64,000 bases of DNA from Eledone cirrhosa (Eukaryota). Positions 41,100-55,659 of the stretch are shown piece after piece. A program made the translations under genes and the position numbers. Location: positions 25,048,001 to 25,112,000 of the forward strand of contig OZ024745.1 in NCBI GenBank assembly GCA_964016885.1, written 5' to 3'. How positions within the stretch are numbered: position 1 is the first letter of the stretch; each line of letters begins with the position of its first letter. The notes below the pieces were generated by a model. The model did no database searches. It was not told where the DNA came from and worked only from the letters and a program-made list of their open reading frames with translations.

Positions 41100-41289
41100 T
41101 ACGGAGGTAGGCTGAAAAGTTTATAGGCTAACTATAAAAGAGTGATGCTAGAACTGTGAAATTTTGAATGCATTAATTTCAGCTCTTCTTTTTAATAACG
41201 ACATTGCTTCTTTCCAGGAATTATGTTAAAAAATAAACCTCATTTGGTAATTCCATGAGAGTATCTTTCTTGGTCAGCCTATACTCGTA
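41100..41289. mobile_element. Mariner-type MITE
   Basis: TA-CGGAGGTAGGCTGAAAAGTT ... TCAGCCTATACTCG-TA imperfect TIRs. Confidence 0.55.
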
Positions 41290-41764
41290 TTTTCTAGAAC
41301 ACCAATGACATAAAAATATAACAAATCATGTTTATATTCTTAATATACTGTTTCTAATGAAAGACATCAAGTAATTTTGAAAATCATCAATAATTTGGAG
41401 GTTTAGTAAGTTCGATTTAACGAACTATAGGCATTAACGAATAGAAGAAATTTTGTTTATTTAAATACTATTAAACAGGGACACATACATACGTGTGTGT
41501 TAGTAGGTATGTACGTATCTTCGACAATCTGTCATATAATGGGACACAGACAATAGAAAATGTGTGGATTGTTTACATTGTCTACTTATGTCTCGTTAAA
41601 AATAAGTACTGAGGTTGATATGATCAACTCAACAGCTTCATGGCGGTGCACCAGCATGGTCAGTCTAATTACTAAAACCAGTAAAGAATGAAATAACTTC
41701 AGGATGAAGTAAAACAATTTATAGGTTAGAAGTTTGATAAAAAATTGATTTTAATTGTGGAAAA

Positions 41765-42127
41765 TGTTTCTACTTTTGACACAGGGCCAGCAATTTAAAG
41801 GAAAGAGTAAAGTCGATTAAATCGACCCTAGTACATTATTGGTATCTTATTTTATCGACACCGTAATGATGAAAAGAAAAGTTAAACTGGGCAGGATTTG
41901 AACTCAGAATGTAAAGGGCCTTATCTATATGCCACAAAGTATCTGTTCAACGTTCTACCGATACTGCCAATCCACTGTTAATAACCGTTTCTACTTTTAG
42001 CACAAGGCCAGCAATTTGAAGGGGAGTGGTAAGTCGATTAAATCAACCTCAGTACTTTACTGGTACTTAATTTTATCGACCCCAGAAGGATAGAAGGCAA
42101 AGATGACCTCAGTGGAATTTGAACTTT
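41765..42127 (-). mobile_element. Two tandem Meta-type SINEs; further copies ~39775-39890, 43184-43363, 44880-45030
   Basis: Reverse-complement Meta domain (TTTTATCGACCC..GATGAAAGGCAAAG) and B box. Confidence 0.7.
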
Positions 42128-45100
42128 GATCTGCTGGAATGGAATTAGACATTCACTCTGAAAGACCTCATCACCTCATCAAGTATACCCGCAAGTAGCC
42201 GCTTCCTGTCGAAGAGGTACTGATAGCAGGCATAAAGTGTCTGCTTCTTATACCTCCCCCTGTGCAGGTGTCTGACTGGGCATTGGCCTCGTGGCAGGAC
42301 CCTTTCGCAGATGCAGCACTCCCATGACACTCAGCTTGGGCCATGATATTTGCTGAGTATCTACATGAAAGGGGCATGGCAGACTCCTGGCAGGACTTTA
42401 CCGAGTACATGGACAAAGACTGCAACTAAATGCTATAAAACATTTTAGTCAACTCTTTAACAAATCTGCCAATGTAAATAATTTCTTTACAAACAATAAA
42501 TGTTTACATAAAGATCGATGAAGTTACAGGAGAATACTGTGTGGGTTTATTTGAAAACAACATGTAAGAAAGGAAAAGAATGAAAAAGTTGGTAACAATA
42601 AAAATGAAAATAAAAAAAAATTATCCTTAACAGGAGGTGACTTACAAGAGCTAGTGGGGAAAAAAAAGAAAAAGTCACTGTCGTTGTGACTACCAAGGCA
42701 AGTAAGTACCTTCTCCCAGTAGTTGTCCTCCTCCAGGCATGTATTCAGAGCAGGCCAGATCACTCACACCATGTTCACCCCCACCCCTTATCCACTTTTC
42801 AATAAATTTACTGGTAGACAGCACTTCTCTCTCCACCTTCAACTTCTTTTTCAAGCTGTTCTGTTGATTCAAAAGGCCTTCTCTATTCTGTCCGCCGAGA
42901 CCACAGGGCAGCCAGAGTGTGGGCTCCCATTTACATACAATAGTGAGAGATGGGGAGAGACGGAGGCAGTGAGTGAAAGAGAGAGAACAACACACACATG
43001 CACTTAAGACAAAGAAAGTTTAGAAGAGTGAAAATTCTATTCCTTGTCATTAGTTTAAACTGTCAGTTAATTGCCCATCACTGAAGCAGTTGAAAAGGAA
43101 CACCCACTTGTAAAATACCACACAACACTGATGGATGTTCAATACATGTGTGTTTGTGGAATGCTCAGCCACTTGCAATATAATTGTTTCTAATTTTGGC
43201 ACAAGGCCAGCAATTACCCAGTACATTACTGGTACTTTATTTTATCGATCCCGAATGGATGAAAGGCAAAGTTAACCTCGACAGGATTTGAACTCAGAAT
43301 GGCAAGGGCTACAACTCTATGCTGGAAAGCATGGCGTCCGACCCTCTACCAATACTGCCAATCCACACAAGATGGATTGTATCTGTAATTCAAAGATTGA
43401 GCCATGTCATACACTGCGCTACACTGAATCATTTACTGTCCATTGATGAATCTCCCTGAGAAGTATATTAAGAGTACACATACGTGTGGAATGCTCAGCC
43501 ACGTGCACGTTAATTTCACATTGACCAAATAGCCTGAACACTCATTGTCAAAACTGATCAAAGTCCAATGCAACACACGTCTGTGGAATACTCAGCCACT
43601 TGCATGTTGATTTCACAAGCAGGTTGTTCCATTCTAAACTATTATTTGATGGAAGTCAGGCTGTTATTTCTAGTACGTTAGGTCACTGCTACAATGAGTC
43701 TCACTCATTGGTTCATAAATATATATATAAGGAAATGACAATCAATAAGAGAGCAATTAGAATGATCTAAAGTTGGCTCAGATCTAATTGTTTCATGTTA
43801 AATAAGTAGAATAAACACCTGGAACAGGTAGGGTGGTAGTGATGGTATATATCATTATCATTTTCTACATATACTCTGTTTTAGGTTTGGTTTCTAATGG
43901 CTGGAAGCATTTCTTTATGTCAACCATTTTACAGAGTATACTGGGAGCATTTTATCATGACCCTGGTACTACTACCTCAAATAGTAGACTGGGTGCTTTA
44001 TAAAGGTTAAAGTCTGTCCCAAGCCTGGAGATTCATCAGTCCAGAGCTTATCCAACTTTCACTGGTGTTAAGCAACTGAGGGTACAAGACTCCTCCCAGT
44101 TTATTAGAGAATTAACTCTCAGATGTTGCTGATAGTTATTTTCAGTTGAGTGGACTGAAGCAATGAGAAATGTTTTGCTCAAAAAACAACATGCCACATG
44201 CTCCAGGAATTGAATCTATGACATTCTAATCTTAAGCCTAACACTCTAATCACTAGGTTGTGCAACTTTACACACAGAACTATAGTAGAAAGCACATGCT
44301 CAAGGTGCCATGTAGTGGGACTGAACCAAAAACCATGCCAATATCTATGATCAATGGTATTCCAGCCATGACCATCCTGTCTTTACAGTATTTCTCTAGC
44401 TACATTATCCATTAGTGAACAATCAAATTTAGTATCGGAAAAAATTTCATTTTTGTAGTGACCTTGACACTTGATACCAAACCACTGCTCGTTCTATAAG
44501 ACAAAGTTGTTTATATTTATCTAAGAACCTTTCATCATAATTCTCTGTAAGAACTTTTGCTAAGTTACACCCCGAACAACAACTGACTATACAGAGGTGT
44601 ATGTGTGTTGCATCTCTCCACTTTCTTTGTCTTATCAAGTACATGTGTGCGTTGATGTTTCTCTTTCACTCACTGCCTTTGTCTCTCTCGCTCTACCCAT
44701 CTCTCACTATTATATGCAAAAGGGAGGCCATTCCAGCTCGCCAGGATCACACCTGCAGGTAGCCAATTCAGTGCCAATGGTGGTGAGTAGAGAGGTGATC
44801 CTAAGGTCAAGGTCACTGGAAGTCTCCACTACATCAGGCACACAGCCAGTAATCTAGGCAGGGTGGAAAGTCAAATCAAATACAGTACTTGACTGGTATT
44901 TTATTTTAGCGACCCCAAAAGGATGAAAGGCAAAGTTGTTCTCAGCAGGATTTGAACACAACATAAAGAGCTAGAACAAATACTGCTATACATTTGTCCA
45001 ATGCTCTACCCACTCTGCCAATCAACTGCCCTAAAAAACAAACTTAACAATGAGAAAATTATTTCACTAAATCTCTCCAAATTCTTGACTATTTAAATGA

Positions 45101-45301
45101 TTTGAAAACCATGTATGTAAAAGGATTTGAAAACTATGTATCACAGAGACTGTAACTGTGTTTGTTAATTGTTTGTATGGATGTAAAATCCTCTATAAAA
45201 ACTTTAAGTCAATTAAGTTTACAAAAAAATATAACAAAATCTATACATATCCAGCACCTAGGCAATACTGTATAGCACTGCTCGTATGTGTGTATATACA
45301 G

Positions 45302-48300
45302 ATCATCACCGTTTTACGTCCGTTCTTCCACGCTAGCATGGGTTAGACGGGTTGTCCTGTTGTGGGCAGTGGCTGATTTGGCTTGATTTCTACAGCTGGA
45401 TGCCTTTCCTAACACCAACCTCATTTACAGTGAGTGCTGGGTGCTTTTTCGTGGCACCTACACGTCCACTTTACAGTGTGGGCTGGGTGCTTTTTTCCGT
45501 GGCACCTCCACGACCACCTTGCGGTGGGGGGTGTGGGGGCATATTGTCTATATGCTTCAGCTTGTACCCATGGGAGGTCGGGTACTCTGTATTACTGCGT
45601 GACGCCAGAAGTCACGGTCGTGTGTCATTGTCTTTGAGAGGTGTAATTGGGTATGGTCGGCTTTTATCACCTCATCCCAGGTCATCTTGGGTCTCCCCAC
45701 TCCGCGGTTTCCATCAACTTCTAGTGCTCTGCACCTTTTTATGCAGCTGTCATCCTTCATACGCATTACATGTCCATACCAGCTCAACCGCCTCTCCTGC
45801 ACACAGCATTTGATTCCTCTTATGCTCAGTCTCTCTCTCAATTCATTTATGCTTTGTCATTCACGTATATTACTGTTACACATCCATCGGAGCATGCAGG
45901 CTTCGTTTACGTAAGTCTTCCACCTTCATCGCCCAGGTCTCACTACCATGCAACATCGCTGTTCGGATACACACATCATACAGTCTGTCTTTCATTCTGA
46001 GGGAGAAGCCTTTTGCAGCTAGCAGTGGTAGTAGTTCCCTAAACTTCTTCCATCCCGTTCTTACCCTAGTTATTGTACTTTCTGAACACCCACCTCCGTT
46101 ACTAATTCGGTCACCTAGGTAGCAGAAGCTGTCTACTGTTTCTACAGGGCCCTCCCAGAGATTGGTGGTACTTGTTTCCTGTGGCTGTTTGCTGCTTGCT
46201 GTCTCAGCACAGCTGCTGCATGTGAATCCTACATTCTTAATTAAGCTTCCTGAGATCCCGCTACATCTCTTGTGTACCCATTGTTTGCATTTGGGGCAGA
46301 GAATGGAGTTCCTACCTACACCTTTCCTACATACTGAGCAAGGCCATTTCCCTGAGCGGAACTAGGTTCTGTTTTCTCATCTACTTACAAGGACCTTAGT
46401 CTTTGTCATGTTGACTTTGAGACCCTTTCTTTCTAGTCCCTGCTTCCAGGTTTGGAATTTCTTCTCTAGTTCTACCATAGATTCAGCTATGAGTGCGAGG
46501 TCATCAGCATACAGGAGTTCCCATGGGCATCCGGTCTTAAACTCCTCCGTTATTGCCTGCAGGACTATGATGAACAGGAGAGGGCTAAGAACAGAGCCCT
46601 GGTGGACCCCAACCTGTACGCTAAATTCCTCGCTATACTCATTGCTAATCCTAACTTTGCTGACTGCTCCCCTATACATGGCTTGTACCGCTTTCACAAG
46701 CCATTCATCTACTCCTAGTTTTCTAAGAGCCCACCAGATTACAGCACGTGGAACTCTGTCAAAGGCTTTCTCAAGGTCGACAAATGCCAAGTAGAGTGGC
46801 TTACTTTTAGCTAGTTATTTTCCTGTAATTGCCTCACAAGGAAGAGGGCCTCAGTGGTGCCTCTTCCTGGTACAAACCCAAATTGCATTCGTCTATTTTC
46901 ACCCGGTCCCTAATCAGCTGTGCTATAACTCTTTCTGTTACTTTCATGACCTGGTCCATCAACTTTATACCTCTATAGTTTCCTCTATCTAGTGCATCGC
47001 CTTTACCTTTGTAGCAGTTGACAATGATGCTACTGCACCAATCTTTTGGTATGGCCCCTTCTAGTATTACCTGGTTAACGATACGTGTGGTTATAGTGTG
47101 ACCTACAGACCCAGATGCCTTCAGCATCTCGGCAGATATACCCGATGGACCGATTGCCTTCCCCATCTTCATATCTTTGATTGCCTTACTACGCTGCTGC
47201 TGACTTGTACTGCTGGTCCCTCTATAGGGTCTACTTGGGGTAGGGTCTCTTCTTCCCATGCATTCTCCTCATTTAGTAATCTATCATAATGACTCTTCCA
47301 TGCATCTTTCTTCTCAGCACTTGTGAGGGCAAGCTCACCTTTATCATTCCGGATACACTTCTCTCCAATGACATCACAACTATCTCGCACAACACACTGC
47401 CTCGCAATCTTGAATACCTCCTGTTTCTGGTCCTCACGTTGTAAAACATGCTTGAATTTTCTATCCTCTGCTTCCCTCTTGGTCTCTATATAATGTACCC
47501 TGCTCCCCCCGTTCTTCCATTCTTTCCATGCCTGTCTCTTGGCCTTAACTGCTTCATCTACCTTATTGTTCCACCACCAAGTCACTCTCCTCCTGCTTGA
47601 GGTCTTACTCCAGCCACAGACCTCATCCGTCGCCTCTAGTAAATTATTTTTTAGGAACTCCCACTGCTCTTCTACATTAAATGTCTCTATCTGTTCTTCT
47701 TTACTGTCGTAGGCGTTGAGTAAAATATCTTTAAATCTGTTACTGGTTGAGGGGACTTTCAGCTTCCAGATCTTTCTTCTCCAGGTTGGCCTGTTTCCGG
47801 GTTCGTCTAGTTCTGACCGTGAGGTCGCTGACAACTAAGCTATGTTGGGATGTACATTCCTCACTAGGGAAGGCTTTTGTGTTTACGACCGTCCATCTGT
47901 CACGTCCTCTGATGAGGATAAAATCTAACTGACTAGAGTGCTCCCCTGATCTATAGGTGATCAGGTGGTTGTCGGGTTTTTTAAAGTTTGTGTTACATAT
48001 CGACATGTCATTGGCGTCGCAGAATTCTAGAAGTCTGAATCCTTCCTCATTCCTTGTGCCAACCCCATGGCCTCCATGTACTCTATTGAAGCCGTCGCAG
48101 CGTTTTCCTACGTGTCCGTTAAAATCTCCTGCGATGATTAGGAAGTCCTTGTCGTCTGTTAGAGCAGTAGTGTGTATTAGGGACTCGTAAAACCTATCCT
48201 TAAGTTCGTCTGGCAGCCCCGATTGGGGTGCGTAAGCTGATATTATTGTGGTAATTGTTTTATTCAGGACTAGTCTGAGTTTAATGATTCTTGCATTTAC

Positions 48301-48820
48301 CCTGTACACTGAGATTACTTTATCTACCCACTTGTCAGCTAGTAGTATACCTACACCACCCATCCCATCGTCATTTCCCACCCAGAAAAATTTGTAGCAC
48401 CGACTTTTTCCTACGAGGACTCTGCCAGACTCTCCTCTCCATCTAGTCTCTTGCACACAGCATACGTCAATTTCCTTTCGTTCTAGCATTTCTACGATTT
48501 CTCCTGCTCTTCCTTTCATTGAGCCTACATTGATGGTACCAACTCGGAGTTTTGGCCATTTGTCGACACTCGTAGGGGAGGGTCTCTGGGTTGGCGCTTC
48601 ACGTGGGTGCTTGGTAGCTCGCAGATTCATATTTCATCTATTGATTCACAGTTGCTCAAATTTATTCTCGGCTCATCCATCCATAACGGTGGGAAAATTG
48701 AGGGCTAGAAGAACAGTGGTGGTGGGATAATGGCAGGGTGTGTCAGGCTGCGCCAGAGGAGGAGAGAGTTAGTTAGGTAGTAGTAGCAACCGTGGAAATG
48801 GCATGCTGAGGTTTTATCGA
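45302..48820 (-). mobile_element. RTE LINE family B, near full length (APE endonuclease + RT), disabled
   Basis: ATG 48630; APE motifs TINVG, CVQETRW, SAYAPQ, GDFNGH, SQLDFIL, SQH; RT motifs through YADD; several frameshifts; 3'UTR and tail at ~45302. Confidence 0.92.
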
Positions 48821-48864
48821 CAAGTACCTTTAACATAATTCTCATGGAGATTCAACATGAGTGT

Positions 48865-49030
48865 ATGCGTGTGTGGCAAGGTTGGCCCTTTGTGTGTGTG
48901 TGTGTGTGGCAAGTTTGGCCTTTTGTGTGTGTGTGTGTGTGTGTGTGGCAAGGTTGGCCCTTTGTGTGTGTATGGCAAGATTGGCTCTTTGTGTGTGTGT
49001 GGGGGGGGGGGCAGCAAGGTTGGCCCTTTG
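48865..49030. repeat. Minisatellite: 5 units of GGCAAGGTTGGCCCTTTG plus (GT)n
   Basis: Direct inspection; the last unit runs into a minus-strand SINE (49030-49170). Confidence 0.85.
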
Positions 49031-51519
49031 AATTACAGGTCCAACTCATTTATGCCAGCTGAGTAGATCAGAGAAATGTGAAGTAGTGTCTTGCTTAAGG
49101 ACACAATGCAGTGTGAGGAATTGAACTCATGACCTTATGATTGTGAAAGGAATACTCTAATCACCTAATCACACAATCAAGTTTTTCCAGAGCTCATCTC
49201 ATTAAGAGTGCTGCAGTCCTTGGTCAATTGTAGACCAAGTGTGGATGTCAGGCACTCATAGTTGGACAATGGGGCTGAGAAAACTTCCACTTTTATGTGG
49301 CAGGGTAGGTGACAACATTCTCGGGTGGGAAACTGTAGGTGTCTACGAAACCAACAGACTGTTCTTTTCTTAAGACTGATGAAATCTTCACTTTAGCATT
49401 TTATAGAGGGCTTACGGTTGGATAAGTGACAACATGAATTCTTCATGTCAACAAGATGAGCAGGTTGCAAGCCTGGCAATTGGCAGTGTTACCAGAGAGA
49501 TTTGGTGGTTTGAGATAAATTCTACCTCATGGATTTCTTTTTATGCTAGAAACCTGCAAAGAAATTAACTGACATCCAACGAGGCCACATTTTGAAGAAA
49601 TACCAAGCCTTAGTTATTTTATAAAATATAATTACAAATGTAAAGAATATAAGTGGGTTTTTCTTCAAAGTCAGAATTAGTTGAAAAAGGCATTCATGAT
49701 GAAATGCTCCTAGTATACACTGTCAAGTGGTTGGCATTAGGAAGGGCATCCAGCCTTAGAAACCAAGCCACAATGAAATGTAATAGCAAGACATGGTGCC
49801 CTGCCTATCTTGCCTCAGAAGACCACAACCCATCTAACCCATGCAGGCATGGACACTGAAATCAGCAAATATAAACTCCAATATTAAGGTTTACCTTTGA
49901 AAGTTGTCCATCTTTCTGAGGGCCAAATGCAACCTTAAAGTCAGTTTGCCCACTTTTTGCTGTCAGCCAGGCTTGTCTGAGATGTGTGCAGAGCAACAAA
50001 GCCATTCGGCATTCACTCATTCAGTATTCAATCATTGCTGACTTGTGGAGGTTTGTTGAGGGGTTATCAATTGTAAGACATCAAGCAATCAGCCAAATGC
50101 ATTGTGAAGATTGCCCCATTACCTTCTTTGTCAGAAAAAGCAGGCAGTTTTTGAAAGACTCTTCAACTGCAACAATGATATGACGATCTCTCGTCATCAT
50201 TTTACATCTGCTTACCATGGTGGCATGAGTTGAATGGGTCTTGTTCAGAGTCACTGCCCTGTTTGACCACATGTTCATACTTTCTATTGTTGGCATGGAT
50301 TTCCCAGCTGGATGCCCTTCTCAACACCAACCACTGATGACCTATGTTGAACCACTAAGCTATGTATTGTTTATAGTGGACATAAACAAACATCACCACT
50401 TTAACAAAAAATATCTAAAAACAGGTTTGTTAATTCAAATATTTATAGTATCTTTACTAATGGATAGATCATTGTGAAAAATCGGCAGTATTAGAGTAAG
50501 GACTTTAATTCTTAGTGTGATGCAGTCAAGAATGTCATGTCAATATGGTTTCATGTGATCAAATTACTGAGACAGATACATACACACCGCCATCAATCAC
50601 TCTTGACAAAAGACTGAAACTTAACTAAAGACATAATACAGCCACACCATGTGAACATGAAATCAAAACAAGTGAAAAGAAACAATTGAAAGAAACTCAT
50701 TCTTTTCTTAACATTTATCTACTGCCACTTTCTTACAAATATCCTCCAACCAAAGACATTTTCCTTTCAAAATCATATTGAACAATACTACAGATGGCAA
50801 CAGCCAGTTTGTAAAACTTGTATTACAAGAAAATGCCTTTATTGATGATGATAGTGATGATGATTATCATCATCAACATCATATACCTGCATGGGTAGGT
50901 GACCATGTCTTACTCATACATTTTGTTTTGGCTTGATTTCTAAGGCTGGATGCCCTTCCTAATGCCAACCACTTTATAGTGGTATACTGGCAACATTTTA
51001 TCATGACTCCAGTACTACCACCTTACAAGGTGGATTGGGTGCTTTTTATTATGGCACCAGCACTTCCATTTTATGGAGTGGGCTAGGTGCATTTTATGAT
51101 GGCACCAGCACAACCTCATTTTAACACGCGAGTACTTATTGTGTCCTTGGCCAGGCTGTCGAGGCAGGGATGGGAATGGAAAGTCCAAGTTATATGCTGC
51201 TTGTTGAAGGAGGCTCTGGAACATTTCACCATAGGAGAGCATCTGGTCAAATATTGTGGGGTGTATTTGACATTTCATGCTGGCATGGTTGAACGTGGAT
51301 GGTAAAATCATGGAGGAGCACACCTATGCTGGCTTGGGGTGGACAGAGAGGTGGTTGAAACATGCTGGCAAGCAGATGCCTTAATGTTTCAGTGCTTGAA
51401 GGATGTGAATGGTGTGGAACTAGGTAAAGGGATTTAGATATTGCAAGGGAAAGGACAGGTTTTTATTTTTGAGAAGTGAGGAAGGTTGATAGAGGAGTTG
51501 AACAATAGTTGATCCATGT

Positions 51520-52800
51520 TAACAGAGTAGAGGCCAAAATGTCATTTCATCTCTCTGCAGTCCCCATGTTAGTTTCATTCCACTTGCTGGGATGAAAAGT
51601 AAATTATATAACGTATCACAAGTCAATCTTGTGTCATTTCTTACATAAGGTTTAAATGTGTGAGATCAGCCTTCACCATCTCATCTCAAATTTTCCTAGG
51701 TCTTCCTCTTCCTCACGTTCCAATGACTGAGTGACCTGCACTTCTTTATGCTACTGTCATCCTCTTTGGACATTATATGTCCATACCAGCACAGTCATCT
51801 CTCTTCTACACTGCATCTAATACTTCTTATATTCTGCTTTTCACTCAGTTCCTTGATGTTTCATCTTTTATACAAGCTGCTACTACACATCCAATGGGGC
51901 ATGCTTGCCTCATTTCTTTTTAATCTTTAGATCTCCTCTGCATTCAAGACCAAACCAAAGTCTCACTTCCAAGCAACACTGCAATTCTTACACAGGCTTC
52001 AAAATATGCCTTTCACCCTCTCTGCTGATTAAGGCACCTAGATAATGGACACTGAACTTTCCAAAGAGTCATTCAAGCATGTTCTTTGTTAGACAGTTTG
52101 TATTTTATACACACTATGGAATTACTACCAGCTCGTTTCTTGTTGAATATTGAGCATGGCCATTTCCTTGAGGAATCAGGGTCCTACCATTTTCCCTATT
52201 TACTAGGACTTAAGTCTTCGCTAGGTTGACTGAGGCCTTTTGATTCCAGATTTTGCTTCCATGTCTGTTATTTCTTCTCTAGTTCCCCTGCTGTTTCAGA
52301 TCATAGTTTTTTTTTTACATCTATTTTTCCACGCTTGCATGGGTTGGATGGGTCTTTCTCAGCACGGCATCACTCCACTCACCGCATTCCTTCGTCATCT
52401 CTCCGAGTCTCAGTGATTTGAGGTCACTCACATAACATTTTTTAGTTCTTTAATGAATTCAGCTATAAGTACCAGATCATTTGCATAGAGAAGTTCCCAT
52501 TGGCAGCTAGACCTAAACACCTGTTATAGCCTGGAGAACTATAATGAATAGTAGTGGGCTAAGAACTGAACTTAGATGAATTCCTACCTGTACCTTGAAT
52601 TCCTCACTAAACTCACTTCCTACTCTCACTTTGCTGACAGCTTCTCTGTACATGGCTTACATTGCTTTCACCTAATTTCCTTAAAGACCACCAGATAATA
52701 GATCAAGCTACTCTGATAAAGGCCTTTTCTAAATCAATGAAAGCTAGGTATAGCAGCTTATTTTTGGCTTATTTTTGACTAAAAAGAGGGCATCTGTGTA
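51520..52800 (-). mobile_element. Old, heavily decayed RTE copy
   Basis: Recognisable YLAFIDLEKAF, WELLYANDL and GRGRPRK segments on the minus strand. Confidence 0.65.
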
Positions 52801-53141
52801 TCATCATCAACGTTTAACGTCCGTGTTCCACGCTTGCATGGGTTTGGACGGGGGTATTCCCACTTGAGGCAAGAGTGATTGTCTTGCTCGCATAGGACTG
52901 TCTGGCAGGTTTTCTACAGTTGGATGACCTTCCTAACACCAACCACATTTACAGTGTATATATATATATATATATATATATATTGCATATTCAGTTATAC
53001 ATGCGTATGTATGGAAACAAGATTCGAACTCCCCCTTGGGTCAGTGATTCCGATTTAAGTACTGACTTGGTCTGTGATGACTTGTCCAACTCAGGTAAGC
53101 ATGAAAAAACAAACATTAAATGATGATACATACATATATAT

Positions 53142-53480
53142 GGAGGCACATGGCTTAGTGGTTAGAGCATTGGCCTTGCAATCGAAAAGTTGTGAGTTCA
53201 ATTCTCAGACCGGGTGATGTGTTGTTTCCTTGAGCAAGACACTTTATTTCACATTGCTCCAGTTTACTCAGCTGTAGAAATGAGATGATAGGGACTGGGG
53301 TCCATATCATTCCACTGCAAAGTGGTCGTGGAGGTGCCACGGCAAAAAAAGCACCCAGCACTCACTGTAAATGAGGTTGGTGTTAGGAAGGGCATCCAGC
53401 TGTAGAAATAAAGCCAGAATCAGTTCCCGTCCCACTCTCGCAAGCAGGGAAAAGCGGACGTAAAATGATAGATAGATAGA
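53142..53480 (+). mobile_element. Full-length CORE-type SINE, (GATA)n tail
   Basis: Near-identical to the 1339 and 59426 copies. Confidence 0.85.
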
Positions 53481-54640
53481 ATATCATCATATATATGCAT
53501 GGTACTCATCAACATGATTTCAAGCAAAACCACTTTTTTACTGTAGTCATTTGCCTGAATCAGATATGCTACTCTCTCTACAATGGGTCTCTAGAAAACT
53601 ACCAAGCCCCAACTTTGTTTTAAATTTATGACAGATGTGGCACAGAATTTGGAGAAGGATTTCATCAACAGGGCCTACATCTTTGTGCATTTATTCAAAA
53701 TGGATTTTCAAGCTGGGAGTGGATATGCAAACCTTTTAACAAAGTATAGCAGTGCTCAAGTGGAATTGATGGTACTGCATGCCTACAAACAAATCATGTT
53801 GGTCTCTGGACATGTGATTTCTCGTGACTGATAAAATTTGCTTTTGAAAGTATTGAACAGCCACAGAATATACTGTCAGATAGCTGATCCCTTTGAAGAT
53901 TTTCAACAGTTTGCAGCTTTCAAAGATTACGTTTTACTATTTGATGGGCAAAAGGAGTTTTTTAAAATTGCAAATTCTTAATTAACTGTGTTAATGTCTA
54001 ACAACAGAAAGTTATCTTATGTGACATGACAATGTCTCTGCTTTCGTTTGTGTTGGGAACACTTACAGAGAAATACTTCACTATAAAGTTACTTTGACAG
54101 TCTGAAATCCTCAAGAGGGATGCCATGGTCAACCAATCATATACGTTACTTGATTTGGTGAGATTTTCACAGACCTTTTCATAACCCCTGTACAATAGAT
54201 GAGAATGTCATAGAAGACCATTTTAGTACAATGTTATAGAGGACATATAGGTGGTGAATTGGCAGTTGTTAGAAAGTCAGATAGAATGCTTTCTTGTATT
54301 CGTTCTGGCTCTCAACTTTGCCTTTCATCCTTTCGAGGTTGATAAAAAGAGTTATTAAAGAAGCCAAATATTATTTATTTCACATGTAAAATAATGGTCT
54401 ATATACTAATGTTATATGAAAGTAACTATCAGGTGTGTGTATCTATTTTATGTTTGGGCGGGATAAGGATGGCTATTAATAGCTATTTACCACATTTATG
54501 ATGAGGATAGTTGTGGTGGTGGTAGGAGCAAAAACAGGGGGAAAATAGTGGACAATCTATTTCTTATTCCAAACTACACACATGCCCTTCTTTTCCAAGC
54601 TCCCAGTTCGTTACACTGACTGTGGTTCATATATATATAT

Positions 54641-55335
54641 CATCATCATCGTTTTATGTCCGTTCTTCCACGCTAGCATGGGTTAGACAGGTTGTTCTGA
54701 TGTGGGCAGTGTCTGGTTCGCTGACCTTGTCTTGCTCATACGGGAACTGATTCTGGCTCGATTTCTACAGCTGAATGCCCTTCCTAACACCAACCTCATT
54801 TACAATGAGTACTGGGTGCTTTTTTTTTCCGTGGTGCCTCCACACCCATTTTACAGTGGGAGAGGGTGGGGGAATATTGTCTATATGCTTCAGCTTATAC
54901 CCATGGGGAGTCAGGTCCTCTATATCACTGCGTGACGCCAGCGGTCACGGTGGTGTGTCATCACCTTTGAGAGGTGGAATTGGGTAAGGTTGGCTTTTAT
55001 CACCTCATCCCAGGTCTTCTTGGGTATCCCCACTTCGCAGCTTCCATTGACTTCTAGTCCTCTGCACCTTTTTATGCAGCTGTCATCCTTCATACGCATC
55101 ACATGTCCATACCAATGCAACCTCCTCTCCTGCACACAGCATTTGATTGCTCTTATGCTCAGTCTCTCTCTCAATTCGTTTATGCTTTGCCATTCCCGTA
55201 TATTACTATTACACATCCATCGGAACATGCGTTTCTTTCTAGTCTACGCAAGTCTTCTACAGACAGCGCCCAGGTCTCACTACCATGTAACATTGCTGTT
55301 CATATACACGCATCATACAGTCTGCCTTTCATTTT
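54641..55335 (-). mobile_element. RTE family B 3' fragment
   Basis: RWMCNSNIRE..WYGHVMRMKDDSC.., 3'UTR and tail; both ends are in (TA)n. Confidence 0.85.
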
Positions 55336-55623
55336 GAAATATATATATATATATATATGAAAAAATGGAGAGAAGAATACTGCAGGTTGCACATGGATAA
55401 CATGTTATAAAATGAGTCCCTCATCAGTGATTTGCCAACGATCATAGATATTTCATTGCATTAAAAATCATATACCTCACGTTGGTGCAATAATAACTAA
55501 ATTAAGTTATTAGGACAATTAAAACGCGTAAAGCGAGTGAGACAAGTAAACAACAAAGAGAAAAGCTAACCGTAGATAGGAAGAGGCACAAGCTACATAG
55601 TTATTCTGTCAGCATAAGCTGGG

Positions 55624-55659
<36 letters not shown>

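Noticed and set aside
45302-48630. Active autonomous LINE
   Set aside because: Every long RTE copy in the window has frameshifts, stops or truncations (some could be assembly errors).
50110-50150. DKEG followed by a GT donor, resembling the GOLPH3 exon 1 end
   Set aside because: Upstream residues (LPAFS) do not match GOLPH3; judged a chance match.
53620-53800. Possible hAT transposase remnant (AFIQNGFSSW..)
   Set aside because: Only one short motif; too weak to call as a feature.
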